In this document: positions 18,789 through 26,430 of the stretch, piece by piece
How the letters are laid out: each line of letters begins with the position of its first letter
Position numbering within the stretch: position 1 is the first letter of the stretch
Assembly: GCA_003649205.1 (NCBI GenBank)
Contig: QMRC01000001.1
Coordinates: 285,081-349,080 of the forward strand
From: Thermoprotei archaeon
Lineage (GTDB): Archaea > Thermoproteota > Thermoprotei > Thermoproteales > B15-G16
Reading direction: 5' to 3'
Length of the DNA: 64,000 bases
The notes under the pieces: generated by a model
What the model saw: only the letters and a program-made list of their open reading frames with translations
Database searches by the model: none
What the model was told of the DNA's origin: nothing
Program-made: the position numbers and the translations under genes

Positions 18789-18848
18789 TGGTAGCGGGGG
18801 GTGGATTTGAACCACCGACCTCGGGGTCTCTACGGCGGTCGCGGCGGC
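18789..18848 (-). tRNA. 3' half of split initiator tRNA-Met, with 15-nt complementary leader
   Basis: Minus strand: GCCGCCGCGACCGCC GUAGAG A38 CCCCG AGGUC GGUGG UUCAAAU CCACC CCCCGCU A CCA. It supplies the anticodon-stem 3' strand, variable loop, T arm, acceptor 3' strand, discriminator and an encoded CCA. Confidence 0.8.
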
Positions 18849-18870
18849 CGAGTTTCACTCCACACTTACG

Positions 18871-18889
18871 TGCTTATAAATCTTTCTCT
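18871..18889 (-). promoter_or_regulatory. BRE/TATA promoter of the tRNA 3' half
   Basis: Minus strand AGAGAAAGATTTATAAGCA. It ends 22 nt upstream of the leader and matches 17/19 nt of the element upstream of the 5' half. Confidence 0.6.
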
Positions 18890-18953
18890 TTGCTTTCCCT
18901 CAAGAGTTTGCTTAAGTTCTCTACGTAGTTGTTCTAGGTCTTGGAGAGTTTGG

Positions 18954-19304
18954 TCAAGTACTCTTGCCGAGTTTAGTATTACACGACACGTACCATAGGG
19001 GGTGTTTGCCTTGTCTAATCTTGGAGGGTTTCCTAACGTAGCTTTTCCAGAAGTTTTCTCGTGGAATACCTAATTCCTGACTCCAGAACTCGATAGCTTC
19101 GTCTTCATTCACACCTTCCCAGATCGTTAGGCGACACTTTAGCTCTCTAGGATCAACTTCATAAAACTGCTTGAGACTATAGATGAAGAGCTTTAGTAGG
19201 AGTGGATCCGTTGATGTCAAGGCAACTTTCCTACTTCTACCTCTCTTCGACTTATCACCTTCACACCAGTAGAGCATAAGCCACTCACGCTTAGACAGTA
19301 CCAT
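18954..19304 (-). CDS. Single-motif LAGLIDADG endonuclease-like protein
   Basis: EWLMLYWCEGDKSKRG...VALTSTDPLLLKLFIYSLKQ resembles the second I-DmoI motif region as I recall it (GLYVAEGDKT...NKNKALLEIVSRWL). Confidence 0.45.
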   Translation of the reverse strand: MVLSKREWLMLYWCEGDKSKRGRSRKVALTSTDPLLLKLFIYSLKQFYEVDPRELKCRLTIWEGVNEDEAIEFWSQELGIPRENFWKSYVRKPSKIRQGKHPLWYVSCNTKLGKST

Positions 19305-19827
19305 ATCTACTCAACTCCTCACTACACCTCTTAATGAACATCTCTAGGTTACTTACCGTATGCTGTATCTCCGGTACATGGCTGTAAGGATATAGCCATC
19401 CTACTAAGGTACGAGCAGATACTAGCATTAACCGAAGAGCTTCAGGGTATGGTTTAGCAATGACCATATAGCCAAAGGCCGTAGGTTCACTGCCATTGTC
19501 ACGTAGTAAGCCCAACGCCATTAGACTTAATTTGTCATTGCTGATAGTCCTTGGGTTTCTTGACCTTAGTCTTTCAGGAAGTTTCTTATTAATTTCACGG
19601 CAGTCACATACGCCTTGGTCTATGAGCTTAAGGATGTGCAAGAGCCTCTGTGGGCGCGCATAGCGGAAGTAGGGATACTTGAGAGCTATGTTCCGTTTAT
19701 CGACTGCTTTGCAGCTACAGTAATAGTTGCAGCATGAGTAGACTCCGTCCACAAGTGCTAGCGGTGCACTGCATTTCGGACAGTATGGTACAAGAAAAGA
19801 CCTTATAACTAACTTACACAGCGTCAT
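19291..19827 (-). CDS. Zinc-ribbon plus probable wHTH protein
   Basis: N-terminal CPKC...CCNYYCSC Cys cluster. Overlaps both neighbours (ATGA overlap at 19824-19827; 14-nt overlap at 19291-19304), implying one operon. Confidence 0.5.
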   Translation of the reverse strand: MTLCKLVIRSFLVPYCPKCSAPLALVDGVYSCCNYYCSCKAVDKRNIALKYPYFRYARPQRLLHILKLIDQGVCDCREINKKLPERLRSRNPRTISNDKLSLMALGLLRDNGSEPTAFGYMVIAKPYPEALRLMLVSARTLVGWLYPYSHVPEIQHTVSNLEMFIKRCSEELSRYGTV

Positions 19828-20396
19828 AGTACATCCCTCAGCTCATTCCTAACAACCTTCCATAAAAACTCGACAAGGAGTAGCTTACTACTACTTGAGG
19901 ATAGTAGCCTTGTCAGTGCCCTAGGGCTACTAGGCATAGAGGCAAATCTCCATAACACAGTCTCTACATCTGATATGCTAGAGGCGTTGCGTAGATTCTC
20001 AACGATCTGCTTAACTGTCTCCAGCGATAATGACGCACGAGTGACAGTAGTCCAGCTCCAACCTCTAGGCTTGACGTACATCTTTCCCTCTACGCGATCT
20101 ACGTAAACTTCTCCTGCACTGAGTTGTATTACCTTTATAGCACCTCTCTTGATTTGGTTAAGTAATTTGCGCACCCTAGGATCTTCCAGTGCCTCCTTTT
20201 GTTCTCCCCCTCCTACTGGAGGCTGCACTGACGCTGTACCTAGTATACTAACGAGGATTTGCGAAATGGCGTCGACAGGACCGCGTAGGTGAACTCTGAC
20301 GCCATCCTTCTCAATGGTAACTTCCACTTCTGGCATAATCTGCACCTCTGCATGGTCACTGACGCGCAGGCTTATAAACTTTGCGCATGGTGCCAT
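19824..20396 (-). CDS. Hypothetical protein, paralog of the 18179-18748 product
   Basis: See 18179-18748. The true start may be the internal MPEVEV (about 20336). Confidence 0.55.
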   Translation of the reverse strand: MAPCAKFISLRVSDHAEVQIMPEVEVTIEKDGVRVHLRGPVDAISQILVSILGTASVQPPVGGGEQKEALEDPRVRKLLNQIKRGAIKVIQLSAGEVYVDRVEGKMYVKPRGWSWTTVTRASLSLETVKQIVENLRNASSISDVETVLWRFASMPSSPRALTRLLSSSSSKLLLVEFLWKVVRNELRDVL

Positions 20397-20603
20397 TCAT
20401 AGATAGCTGCTTAGCGCGACCTTGATAAGCGCGAGAACCTTCTTTGAATTCTACATTATGGGATCCGAACACTATGTGGCTAAGTAGCAGGACTAGTAGT
20501 GCTCCGTAAGCTACATGGATCTATATATTGTGAAGCTCGGTTAGCCAGAGAACGATATTTCACAGCATTGAGGTAGGTGAACTAATGGAAAATTAGTGGA
20601 GGA

Positions 20604-20657
20604 GCCGCCGCGACCGCCTTATGAGCCCCGCGGGATACCTGGCTTCCCCACCCCGCT
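20604..20657 (-). tRNA. 5' half of split initiator tRNA-Met (anticodon CAU), with 15-nt complementary trailer
   Basis: Minus strand: AGCGGGG UG GGGA AGCCAGGUA UCCC G CGGGG CUCAUA A GGCGGUCGCGGCGGC. It supplies the acceptor 5' strand, a complete D arm, the anticodon-stem 5' strand and the loop through A37. Confidence 0.8.
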
Positions 20658-20687
20658 GCTATAGCCGGTACTCCTCCTTTCTTCTGA

Positions 20688-20706
20688 TGTTTATAAGTCT
20701 TTCTCT
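20688..20706 (-). promoter_or_regulatory. BRE/TATA promoter of the tRNA 5' half
   Basis: Minus strand AGAGAAAGACTTATAAACA. It ends 30 nt upstream of A1. Confidence 0.6.
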
Positions 20707-20739
20707 GTTTCTTGAATTGTGGCTTCTGGTGTTCTCTCA

Positions 20740-22092
20740 CTATTTGTCTTGTTGGAGTGCTTGCTTTATTGCTTCTAGGGTCTCTGGATCTAGTAGGTTC
20801 TGTGCATACTTCAGTGCTACTGCTGCTAGCTTTCTAGCGTTGTTTCCTGTTAGTTCTAGTACTCTCTTGAATTGCCTATTTGCTGGTTTCGTTATCCCTA
20901 GTACTTGTCTCGTGTACTCGTATGCTCTTCTAACTTCTACGTACTTGCTCAGTCCTGTTATGTAGACGTGTAGGTACTTCCCCTTCTTTAGCCGTGCTCT
21001 CATGTGTTTTGCTATGAGTTTGATCGCTGTGACTAGGCTCATCTCTGTCTGTGTGTACTGTGCTATGTGTAGTAGGTCAGTACGTACTTGTGCTAGTTTC
21101 AGTACTTTTCTTGGCCATAGGTAGCTCGGGTGTGTAGCTACTGCTCTTAGCATGAGTACTAGGCCTCTGTACCTTGCTTGATCTAGGAGTACTAGACGGT
21201 CTTTCTGTATCTCGATTCTTGGTCCTAGTGTTTGCTCTAGTTTTTCTGCCAGTAGTTTACGTAGGTTGTGTGGTAGTCTCGTACTGTACTTTAGCCTTAC
21301 CTCTACTTCTCCTCTTTTGCGTTTTATGGTTTTGAGTATACCATCCCCTATGAGTAAGCCGGCTACTAGTTCCTCTGCTAGGTTCTGTGTTGTGTTTAGT
21401 GTGTGGTGCCAGAGCTGTAGTTTGTTCTCTAGTATGTGCTGTGGAGCACTGTTCTGTAATCTGTGGTCTGTACTGAAGGTTATCGTGTAGCAGGTGTCTA
21501 CTAGATTTCCTGTCCGTATGTAGTACATCAGTGTTCTTGCTTGTAGTGGTGTTCCTAGTAGTGTTGCTACGTAGGTTATGTACTGTGTATCTGATGTTGC
21601 TAGTTGTAGTGCCCCATTTCTTGTACTGAGGTCTGTTAGTAGTAGTCCTAGTAGTAGCTTACGTTGATCGTACTGGTGCTGTATACCTGTTATCTCTGTA
21701 CCTATTCTTGCCTTGACTATGAGTCTTGGTTCTGTTGGTTTTAAGACCTTTAGCTTCTTTACTCTGGTCGTTAGCTTATCTACTGAGGTACGTTCTTCTA
21801 CTCTGTAGTTCTCGATGGAGTTTAGTACCTTGTTGACTGCTATTGCTCGTAATTTGGTGAGTGTGTACCATAGTTCTGCTGGTGTAACTTCGCCTAGCTT
21901 CACCTCTGTGATCCTTCTATCCACTTCCTCTACTATGTCTCGTAGTTGTCTTAGTACATGTTTCCTTATGGTTACTTCGTGGGTGTGGGTGAGTTCTTTG
22001 TTCATGTAGTGTTCTCTGACTTCTACTCTCATGACTATGCTGTTGTTGTCTTCCTGTAGTACTTCTTCTCTTAGCTCTATTGCTGGTTTCAC
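20740..22092 (-). CDS. Large LAGLIDADG-domain protein (450 aa)
   Basis: Two motif-like segments about 100 aa apart (KLLLGLLLTDLSTRNG and ELVAGLLIGDGILKT), flanked by N- and C-terminal extensions of unknown function. Confidence 0.55.
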   Translation of the reverse strand: MKPAIELREEVLQEDNNSIVMRVEVREHYMNKELTHTHEVTIRKHVLRQLRDIVEEVDRRITEVKLGEVTPAELWYTLTKLRAIAVNKVLNSIENYRVEERTSVDKLTTRVKKLKVLKPTEPRLIVKARIGTEITGIQHQYDQRKLLLGLLLTDLSTRNGALQLATSDTQYITYVATLLGTPLQARTLMYYIRTGNLVDTCYTITFSTDHRLQNSAPQHILENKLQLWHHTLNTTQNLAEELVAGLLIGDGILKTIKRKRGEVEVRLKYSTRLPHNLRKLLAEKLEQTLGPRIEIQKDRLVLLDQARYRGLVLMLRAVATHPSYLWPRKVLKLAQVRTDLLHIAQYTQTEMSLVTAIKLIAKHMRARLKKGKYLHVYITGLSKYVEVRRAYEYTRQVLGITKPANRQFKRVLELTGNNARKLAAVALKYAQNLLDPETLEAIKQALQQDK

Positions 22093-22296
22093 GTAGTTCT
22101 CTACTTCTCTAAGTGCTTTAGGGGGTTCATGATTGCTCTGTTCCTGGTTTGGGGTTAGGTATTTGTGTTCTCTTGCTGTTCTCTACTTCTGTGTGATGAG
22201 GAGTGCCGCGGTTTGATTGGTGATGTTTCTTCCTTTCCCTCGCTGATTGCTTTTCTTGGTTCATGTTTTTGAGTGGGTTATCTCTTTCTTCTCTAG

Positions 22297-23313
22297 GTGG
22301 TTTGTGTGGGTGTGGTTGGTCTTGCTGTTGTTGGTCTTGGTCGTATGGGTAGGTTGTACGTGGATGTTGTTGCTAGGTTTGTTGATGGTGTTAGGTTGGT
22401 TGGTGTCTTCACTAGGACGTTTGCTAAGGCTGAGGCTGTTGCTAGGGAGTATGGTGTTAAGGCGTATAGGTGTCTTGATGAGTTGTTGAGAGATCCTGAT
22501 GTCGATGGTGTAATCATTGCTACTCCGACGTACACTCATGCTGATTTCATTGTTAGGGTTGCTGAGGTTGGTAAGCATGTTTTCTGTGAGAAACCTATTG
22601 ATGTTGATCTTGTGAAGGCTAAGAGGGCTGTTGAGGTTGTTGAGAGGTGTGGTGTTAAGTTGCTTGTTGGTTACATGAGGAGATTTGATCGTGCTTACAG
22701 GAGGGCTAAGGAGGTTGTTGATAGGGGTGAGATTGGTGTGCCTCTTGTGTACATTGGTGTTTCTAGGGATCCTGAGGCTCCTCCTGAGGGTTGGTTGAGG
22801 GACCCTAGGTTGAGCGGTGGTCTCGTGCTTGATCTCATGTCTCATGACTTTGATTTAGCTAGGTGGTTTCTCGGTGATGAGGTTGTTGAGGTGTATGCTC
22901 ATGGTGGTGTATTCGTGTACGACTTCATGAGGGATCTCGGTGATTTCGATACTGTTGTTGCTTACTTGAGGTTCTCTCGTGGTAAGGTTGCTGTTGTGTA
23001 CGGTAGTAGGAGGGCTCCTCACGGTTATGGCATTAGGTGTGAGGTACATGGTACAGAGGGCTCTATCTCAATTGGTGTTGACTATGACTATAGTGTTAGG
23101 TTAGCTACTTCTAGTGGTGTGAGGTTTAGTGGTTTAGCTTGGTTTCAAGAGAGATTCTTCTCTGCGTATGTCGAGGAGATTAAGCACTTTAGAGATGTCA
23201 TCAGGTACGACATCAAGCCCCTGGTCTCTGGTTACGATGCTATTAAGGCTCTCGAGCTTGCTCAAGCAGTCACTAGGTCAATTATCGAGAGGAGACCTAT
23301 TGCCGTAAGTTAA
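22297..23313 (+). CDS. Gfo/Idh/MocA-family NAD(P)-dependent oxidoreductase
   Basis: N-terminal Rossmann motif (VGVVGLGRMGR) and the family EKP motif (FCEKPID). Confidence 0.85.
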   Translation: MVCVGVVGLAVVGLGRMGRLYVDVVARFVDGVRLVGVFTRTFAKAEAVAREYGVKAYRCLDELLRDPDVDGVIIATPTYTHADFIVRVAEVGKHVFCEKPIDVDLVKAKRAVEVVERCGVKLLVGYMRRFDRAYRRAKEVVDRGEIGVPLVYIGVSRDPEAPPEGWLRDPRLSGGLVLDLMSHDFDLARWFLGDEVVEVYAHGGVFVYDFMRDLGDFDTVVAYLRFSRGKVAVVYGSRRAPHGYGIRCEVHGTEGSISIGVDYDYSVRLATSSGVRFSGLAWFQERFFSAYVEEIKHFRDVIRYDIKPLVSGYDAIKALELAQAVTRSIIERRPIAVS

Positions 23314-24419
23314 ATAGTACTCACTATGGAGTCCATTAACCTACTCCACCTATATCTGAAGTTCCTGTAGCTAAATAACCTACTCCACTCTCTGCACATA
23401 GTTGAGAACTTAGTCCTTAACTTGCTATCTGTGACTAGTGTGTACGTTCTCTTAGCTAGCTCAGCTACGTCCCCCCATGGAACTACGTATCCTGTTAATC
23501 CATCTACTACGCAGTCCCTAACTCCTCCACAGTCATATGCTACAACTGGTGTACCTACGGTCTCAGCTTCTAGTGCTGTTATGGAAAATCCCTCTCTAAA
23601 GCTTGTAAGGACGTACACCCAGGAGCTTGAGAGTATTCTCCACTTCTCGAACTCGCTTACACACCACCTTAGCTCTAGTACATCCCCTATACCCCACTTC
23701 ATAGCTAGTTCTCGTAATCTCGTGAACTCAACATAGTTGCCTCTACCGGCTACTATGACCCTCAGCTCAGGTATGTGGGGTTTAAGTAGCTTTGTTAGGT
23801 AGAGTACGTGGTCTATGAACTTGTACCTCATTACTCGACCAAGGTATGTGATTGTTGGTGTTGATGACTTTGGGTGTAGTTCTTTCGGTGAGTCAGTACA
23901 GGGATTGATTACGGTGATTCTACTTCGAGGTATACCATATCTACGCTGTACCTCACTCTTCACGTACCTCGATACTGTCACGAAGATGGCAGATCTATGG
24001 AGTGTAGTGAGTAGTTCACCTACGTAAGCTCCTACTGCTCTGTGGAGTGGTTCCTCTATGAAGTACTGAAGAGTGTGGATGTGGTGAATCAGGAGTATTC
24101 GGTACCTACCGCAATTGAGTAATGTGGTGTTGTATGGTACACCACCTCCAAGACTCTCAATGACTACGTCTGGTCTCAAGCTCTTAGCTACGTAGGGAGC
24201 TACTAGGTGTATGCTGTACATGGTACCGCAGTGGTGTACAGGAAGCTCGTACCCATCGATCTCTATCTTGTCGTGTACCTGCCCACACCTTGAGCACAGT
24301 AACGTAACTCTGTATCCCTGCTCTATCAGTGCTCTTGCTAAGTTCCTGACGTAGTACTCAGCACCACCAGCTCGTGCATCGAGTAGGCACTTCCAGTTAA
24401 TGATTAGTACCTTGACCAC
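23310..24419 (-). CDS. Glycosyltransferase family 4
   Basis: C-terminal EGFSITALEAETVGTPVVAYDCGGVRDCV (E-x7-E region); GT-B layout. Confidence 0.85.
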   Translation of the reverse strand: MVKVLIINWKCLLDARAGGAEYYVRNLARALIEQGYRVTLLCSRCGQVHDKIEIDGYELPVHHCGTMYSIHLVAPYVAKSLRPDVVIESLGGGVPYNTTLLNCGRYRILLIHHIHTLQYFIEEPLHRAVGAYVGELLTTLHRSAIFVTVSRYVKSEVQRRYGIPRSRITVINPCTDSPKELHPKSSTPTITYLGRVMRYKFIDHVLYLTKLLKPHIPELRVIVAGRGNYVEFTRLRELAMKWGIGDVLELRWCVSEFEKWRILSSSWVYVLTSFREGFSITALEAETVGTPVVAYDCGGVRDCVVDGLTGYVVPWGDVAELAKRTYTLVTDSKLRTKFSTMCREWSRLFSYRNFRYRWSRLMDSIVSTI

Positions 24420-25848
24420 GAATCTTCCCTCTAGGTAGAATCACCATAGCTAATCTCACTACTAACGTCAGCACTCGTATTCCTAGCTTCTCAAGTAGTA
24501 ACATCATTACTAGAGCTACGATTAGTGAGGTGAGTAGCTCTAAGTACATACTCTCGATAGGATTTAAGATGTACACTAGGTAGAGGAGTGCTGCCACTAA
24601 TATCGAGGGAATCATTCGGAGCCAAGGTATTTCCATACCTAACCTAGCTGCAACCAGCACAGCTATACCTGCGCCAAGGCTGAGACTTACAACTCTAGCA
24701 TACGCAGCACCTATCGAACCTAGTGAAGGTACGAGAACTATGTACAGTACTACCTGAAGTATACTAGATGGTAGAGCGTAGGTAAGTACTTGCTCTGGTC
24801 TAGATGCTATGTAGGATGATGACCACGCAACGTTCATTGCTATTGCCAGTGGTATTGATGTAAGTAGTACCTGTATGAGTGGTATTGCTCTGAGGTACGT
24901 AGTACCTAGTAGAGATAGGAAGAATCTAGCAAGATAGAGCCCAACAACCATCAACACCAGTGATAGACCTAGAGACAAACTTGCTACTTCACTATAGTTC
25001 GGTGATTTAGATCCGTCGCTCTCCGATGAACTACTCATGGGGACTAGTAGTGTAGTTGCTAGTGTTGGTAGAAATGTCAGTGCCTGTGTGTAGGCTAGTG
25101 CTATGTAGAAGAGACCTGTCTCCTCACCACCATAGTACGATGATACTAGGAGAACACCGAAGAGGGATGGCGATGCAGATACTACGTTAGGTAGGTACGT
25201 AGGTAAGGAGTACCTAAGTACTAGGTGGAAGTCTAGTCTACTACTTTGTGGCAACAGGTGTATCAGTACTTCTCGAATGATTATTGTGTAGAGTATAGTG
25301 CCGAGAACTGTAGAGATCAAGTAACCCAGTACTACACCTAGAGCACCAAGCCCTATCACAGCTAGTGTACAGGCGGCTACAATCCTACATACCGCTACTA
25401 CCACATCTATGGTAGCTACCTGAGTACACTTGAGTAGTGAAATCCCGATGTACCTAGCTAGGTAACATATAGCATTCACTACTAGCCAGAGGGCTACAGC
25501 TACAATACATGTACGAGGTACGTTGAGTATGTGGGATATCGTGTGGGAGAATAGGTACAGTAGAGTAGCGGTTACTCCACTCGTTGTTAGTACTAGGATC
25601 GTTGATGTTGTAATTACCGTCTTTCTGTGTTCTTGATTTGGTACGAATTTGAGTATTGGTCCGTGAATTCCTAGGTTTACGAGTAGTGAGAGTAGGTATA
25701 GGAGGCTAAAAGAGGCGGAAGCTACTCCAAGTACCTTGAGGGATACTACCTTCGTTAGTATGAACCAGGTGAGGTACGAGAGTAGCATTGCAGTAGCTTG
25801 TGCTATGGATAGCACTAATGCTGACGACCACACACGTACTTCACTCAA
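24397..25848 (-). CDS. Polysaccharide/oligosaccharide flippase (MOP/Wzx-like) membrane protein
   Basis: 483 aa, 12-14 TM segments, overlaps the GT4 gene. Confidence 0.7.
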   Translation of the reverse strand: MSEVRVWSSALVLSIAQATAMLLSYLTWFILTKVVSLKVLGVASASFSLLYLLSLLVNLGIHGPILKFVPNQEHRKTVITTSTILVLTTSGVTATLLYLFSHTISHILNVPRTCIVAVALWLVVNAICYLARYIGISLLKCTQVATIDVVVAVCRIVAACTLAVIGLGALGVVLGYLISTVLGTILYTIIIREVLIHLLPQSSRLDFHLVLRYSLPTYLPNVVSASPSLFGVLLVSSYYGGEETGLFYIALAYTQALTFLPTLATTLLVPMSSSSESDGSKSPNYSEVASLSLGLSLVLMVVGLYLARFFLSLLGTTYLRAIPLIQVLLTSIPLAIAMNVAWSSSYIASRPEQVLTYALPSSILQVVLYIVLVPSLGSIGAAYARVVSLSLGAGIAVLVAARLGMEIPWLRMIPSILVAALLYLVYILNPIESMYLELLTSLIVALVMMLLLEKLGIRVLTLVVRLAMVILPRGKIRGQGTNH

Positions 25849-25914
25849 GTGATTGTACCTCCAGTACTTAGGTAGTGAAGCTATGTGTCTCTAGCATGTT
25901 GGTGAATTTAAGAG

Positions 25915-25967
25915 TTTCAGTGCTGCCCACCTTCTTCATCAATCTGACTGAGATAGATTCATCACTG
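25915..25967 (-). ncRNA. C/D box sRNA
   Basis: Minus strand GTGATGA-ATCTATCTCAGT-CAGA-TTGA-TGAAGA-AGGTGGGCAGCA-CTGA. C box at 25959-25965 and D box at 25917-25920. Confidence 0.65.
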
Positions 25968-26027
25968 AACGTAGTCTCGATGCTAAGGTTTATAACTTAA
26001 CTCCTCCACTAAGCACATTAGCTCTCG

Positions 26028-26297
26028 GTGTTGGGTGATTTTGTGAAGCAGATTGTTAGGGAGTACTTAACTAGGTTGATTTGGGATTCAGGTATTGTGA
26101 GGAGTGACTACGTATTTACCTATGTGTGTAGGGGTGAGGTAGGTGATAGAGCTGAGTTCTCTGGTGATCAAGTGATTAAGGTTGGTAAGTCCTATGTCGT
26201 TATCCAGACTAGTACTGGGTTAAGGAGCATTCCTCTTCACAGAATTGTCGAGATTAGGTATCGTGGTAGAGTTGTATGGCGATCACCTAGGTTCTAG
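26028..26297 (+). CDS. DUF504/UPF0248-family small protein
   Basis: C-terminal SIPLHRIVEIRYRGRVVWR matches the family signature as I recall it. Confidence 0.5.
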   Translation: MLGDFVKQIVREYLTRLIWDSGIVRSDYVFTYVCRGEVGDRAEFSGDQVIKVGKSYVVIQTSTGLRSIPLHRIVEIRYRGRVVWRSPRF

Positions 26298-26349
26298 ATC
26301 AGTCTAGAGACACCTCTTCACCTATCTGTGAGGTGCGGCTTCATCACCT
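26297..26349 (-). ncRNA. C/D box sRNA
   Basis: Minus strand GTGATGA-AGCCGCACCTCA-CAGA-TAGG-TGAAGA-GGTGTCTCTAGA-CTGA. C box at 26341-26347 and D box at 26299-26302. Confidence 0.75.
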
Positions 26350-26430
26350 ACGTACTGTGTTAATCATTGTAGAGATTACCTGTCGCAACATAGGTTCTAC
26401 GTAGAGATTTTAATCACTACTGAGATACTG

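Larger units (their letters stand above)
18849..20603 (-). mobile_element. Intervening segment between tRNA halves carrying three ORFs (possible remnant of an endonuclease-bearing intron or mobile insert)
   Basis: Bounded exactly by the 15-nt complementary segments. Contains a LAGLIDADG-like ORF, and paralogs of its genes lie just outside. Confidence 0.35.

Noticed and set aside
18789-20657. Alternative readings of the tRNA locus: (a) a tRNA gene disrupted by an integrase-type element with att repeats; (b) a simple cis-spliced giant intron.
   Set aside because: (a) The junction repeats are complementary, so they would form an RNA helix, rather than being direct att duplications, and no integrase is present. 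(b) This is not fully excluded, but the 3' half has its own copy of the promoter element, spaced to start at the leader. That favours independent transcription. The locus is kept as split, with cis-splicing noted as a possibility.
22193-22246. C/D-like arrangement GTGATGA-12/13 nt-TTGA-TTGG-TGATGT-16 nt-CTGA upstream of the oxidoreductase gene.
   Set aside because: The second guide spacer is 16 nt and D' is poor. This violates the 12 +/- 1 nt ruler met by the other loci, so it is only a weak candidate.
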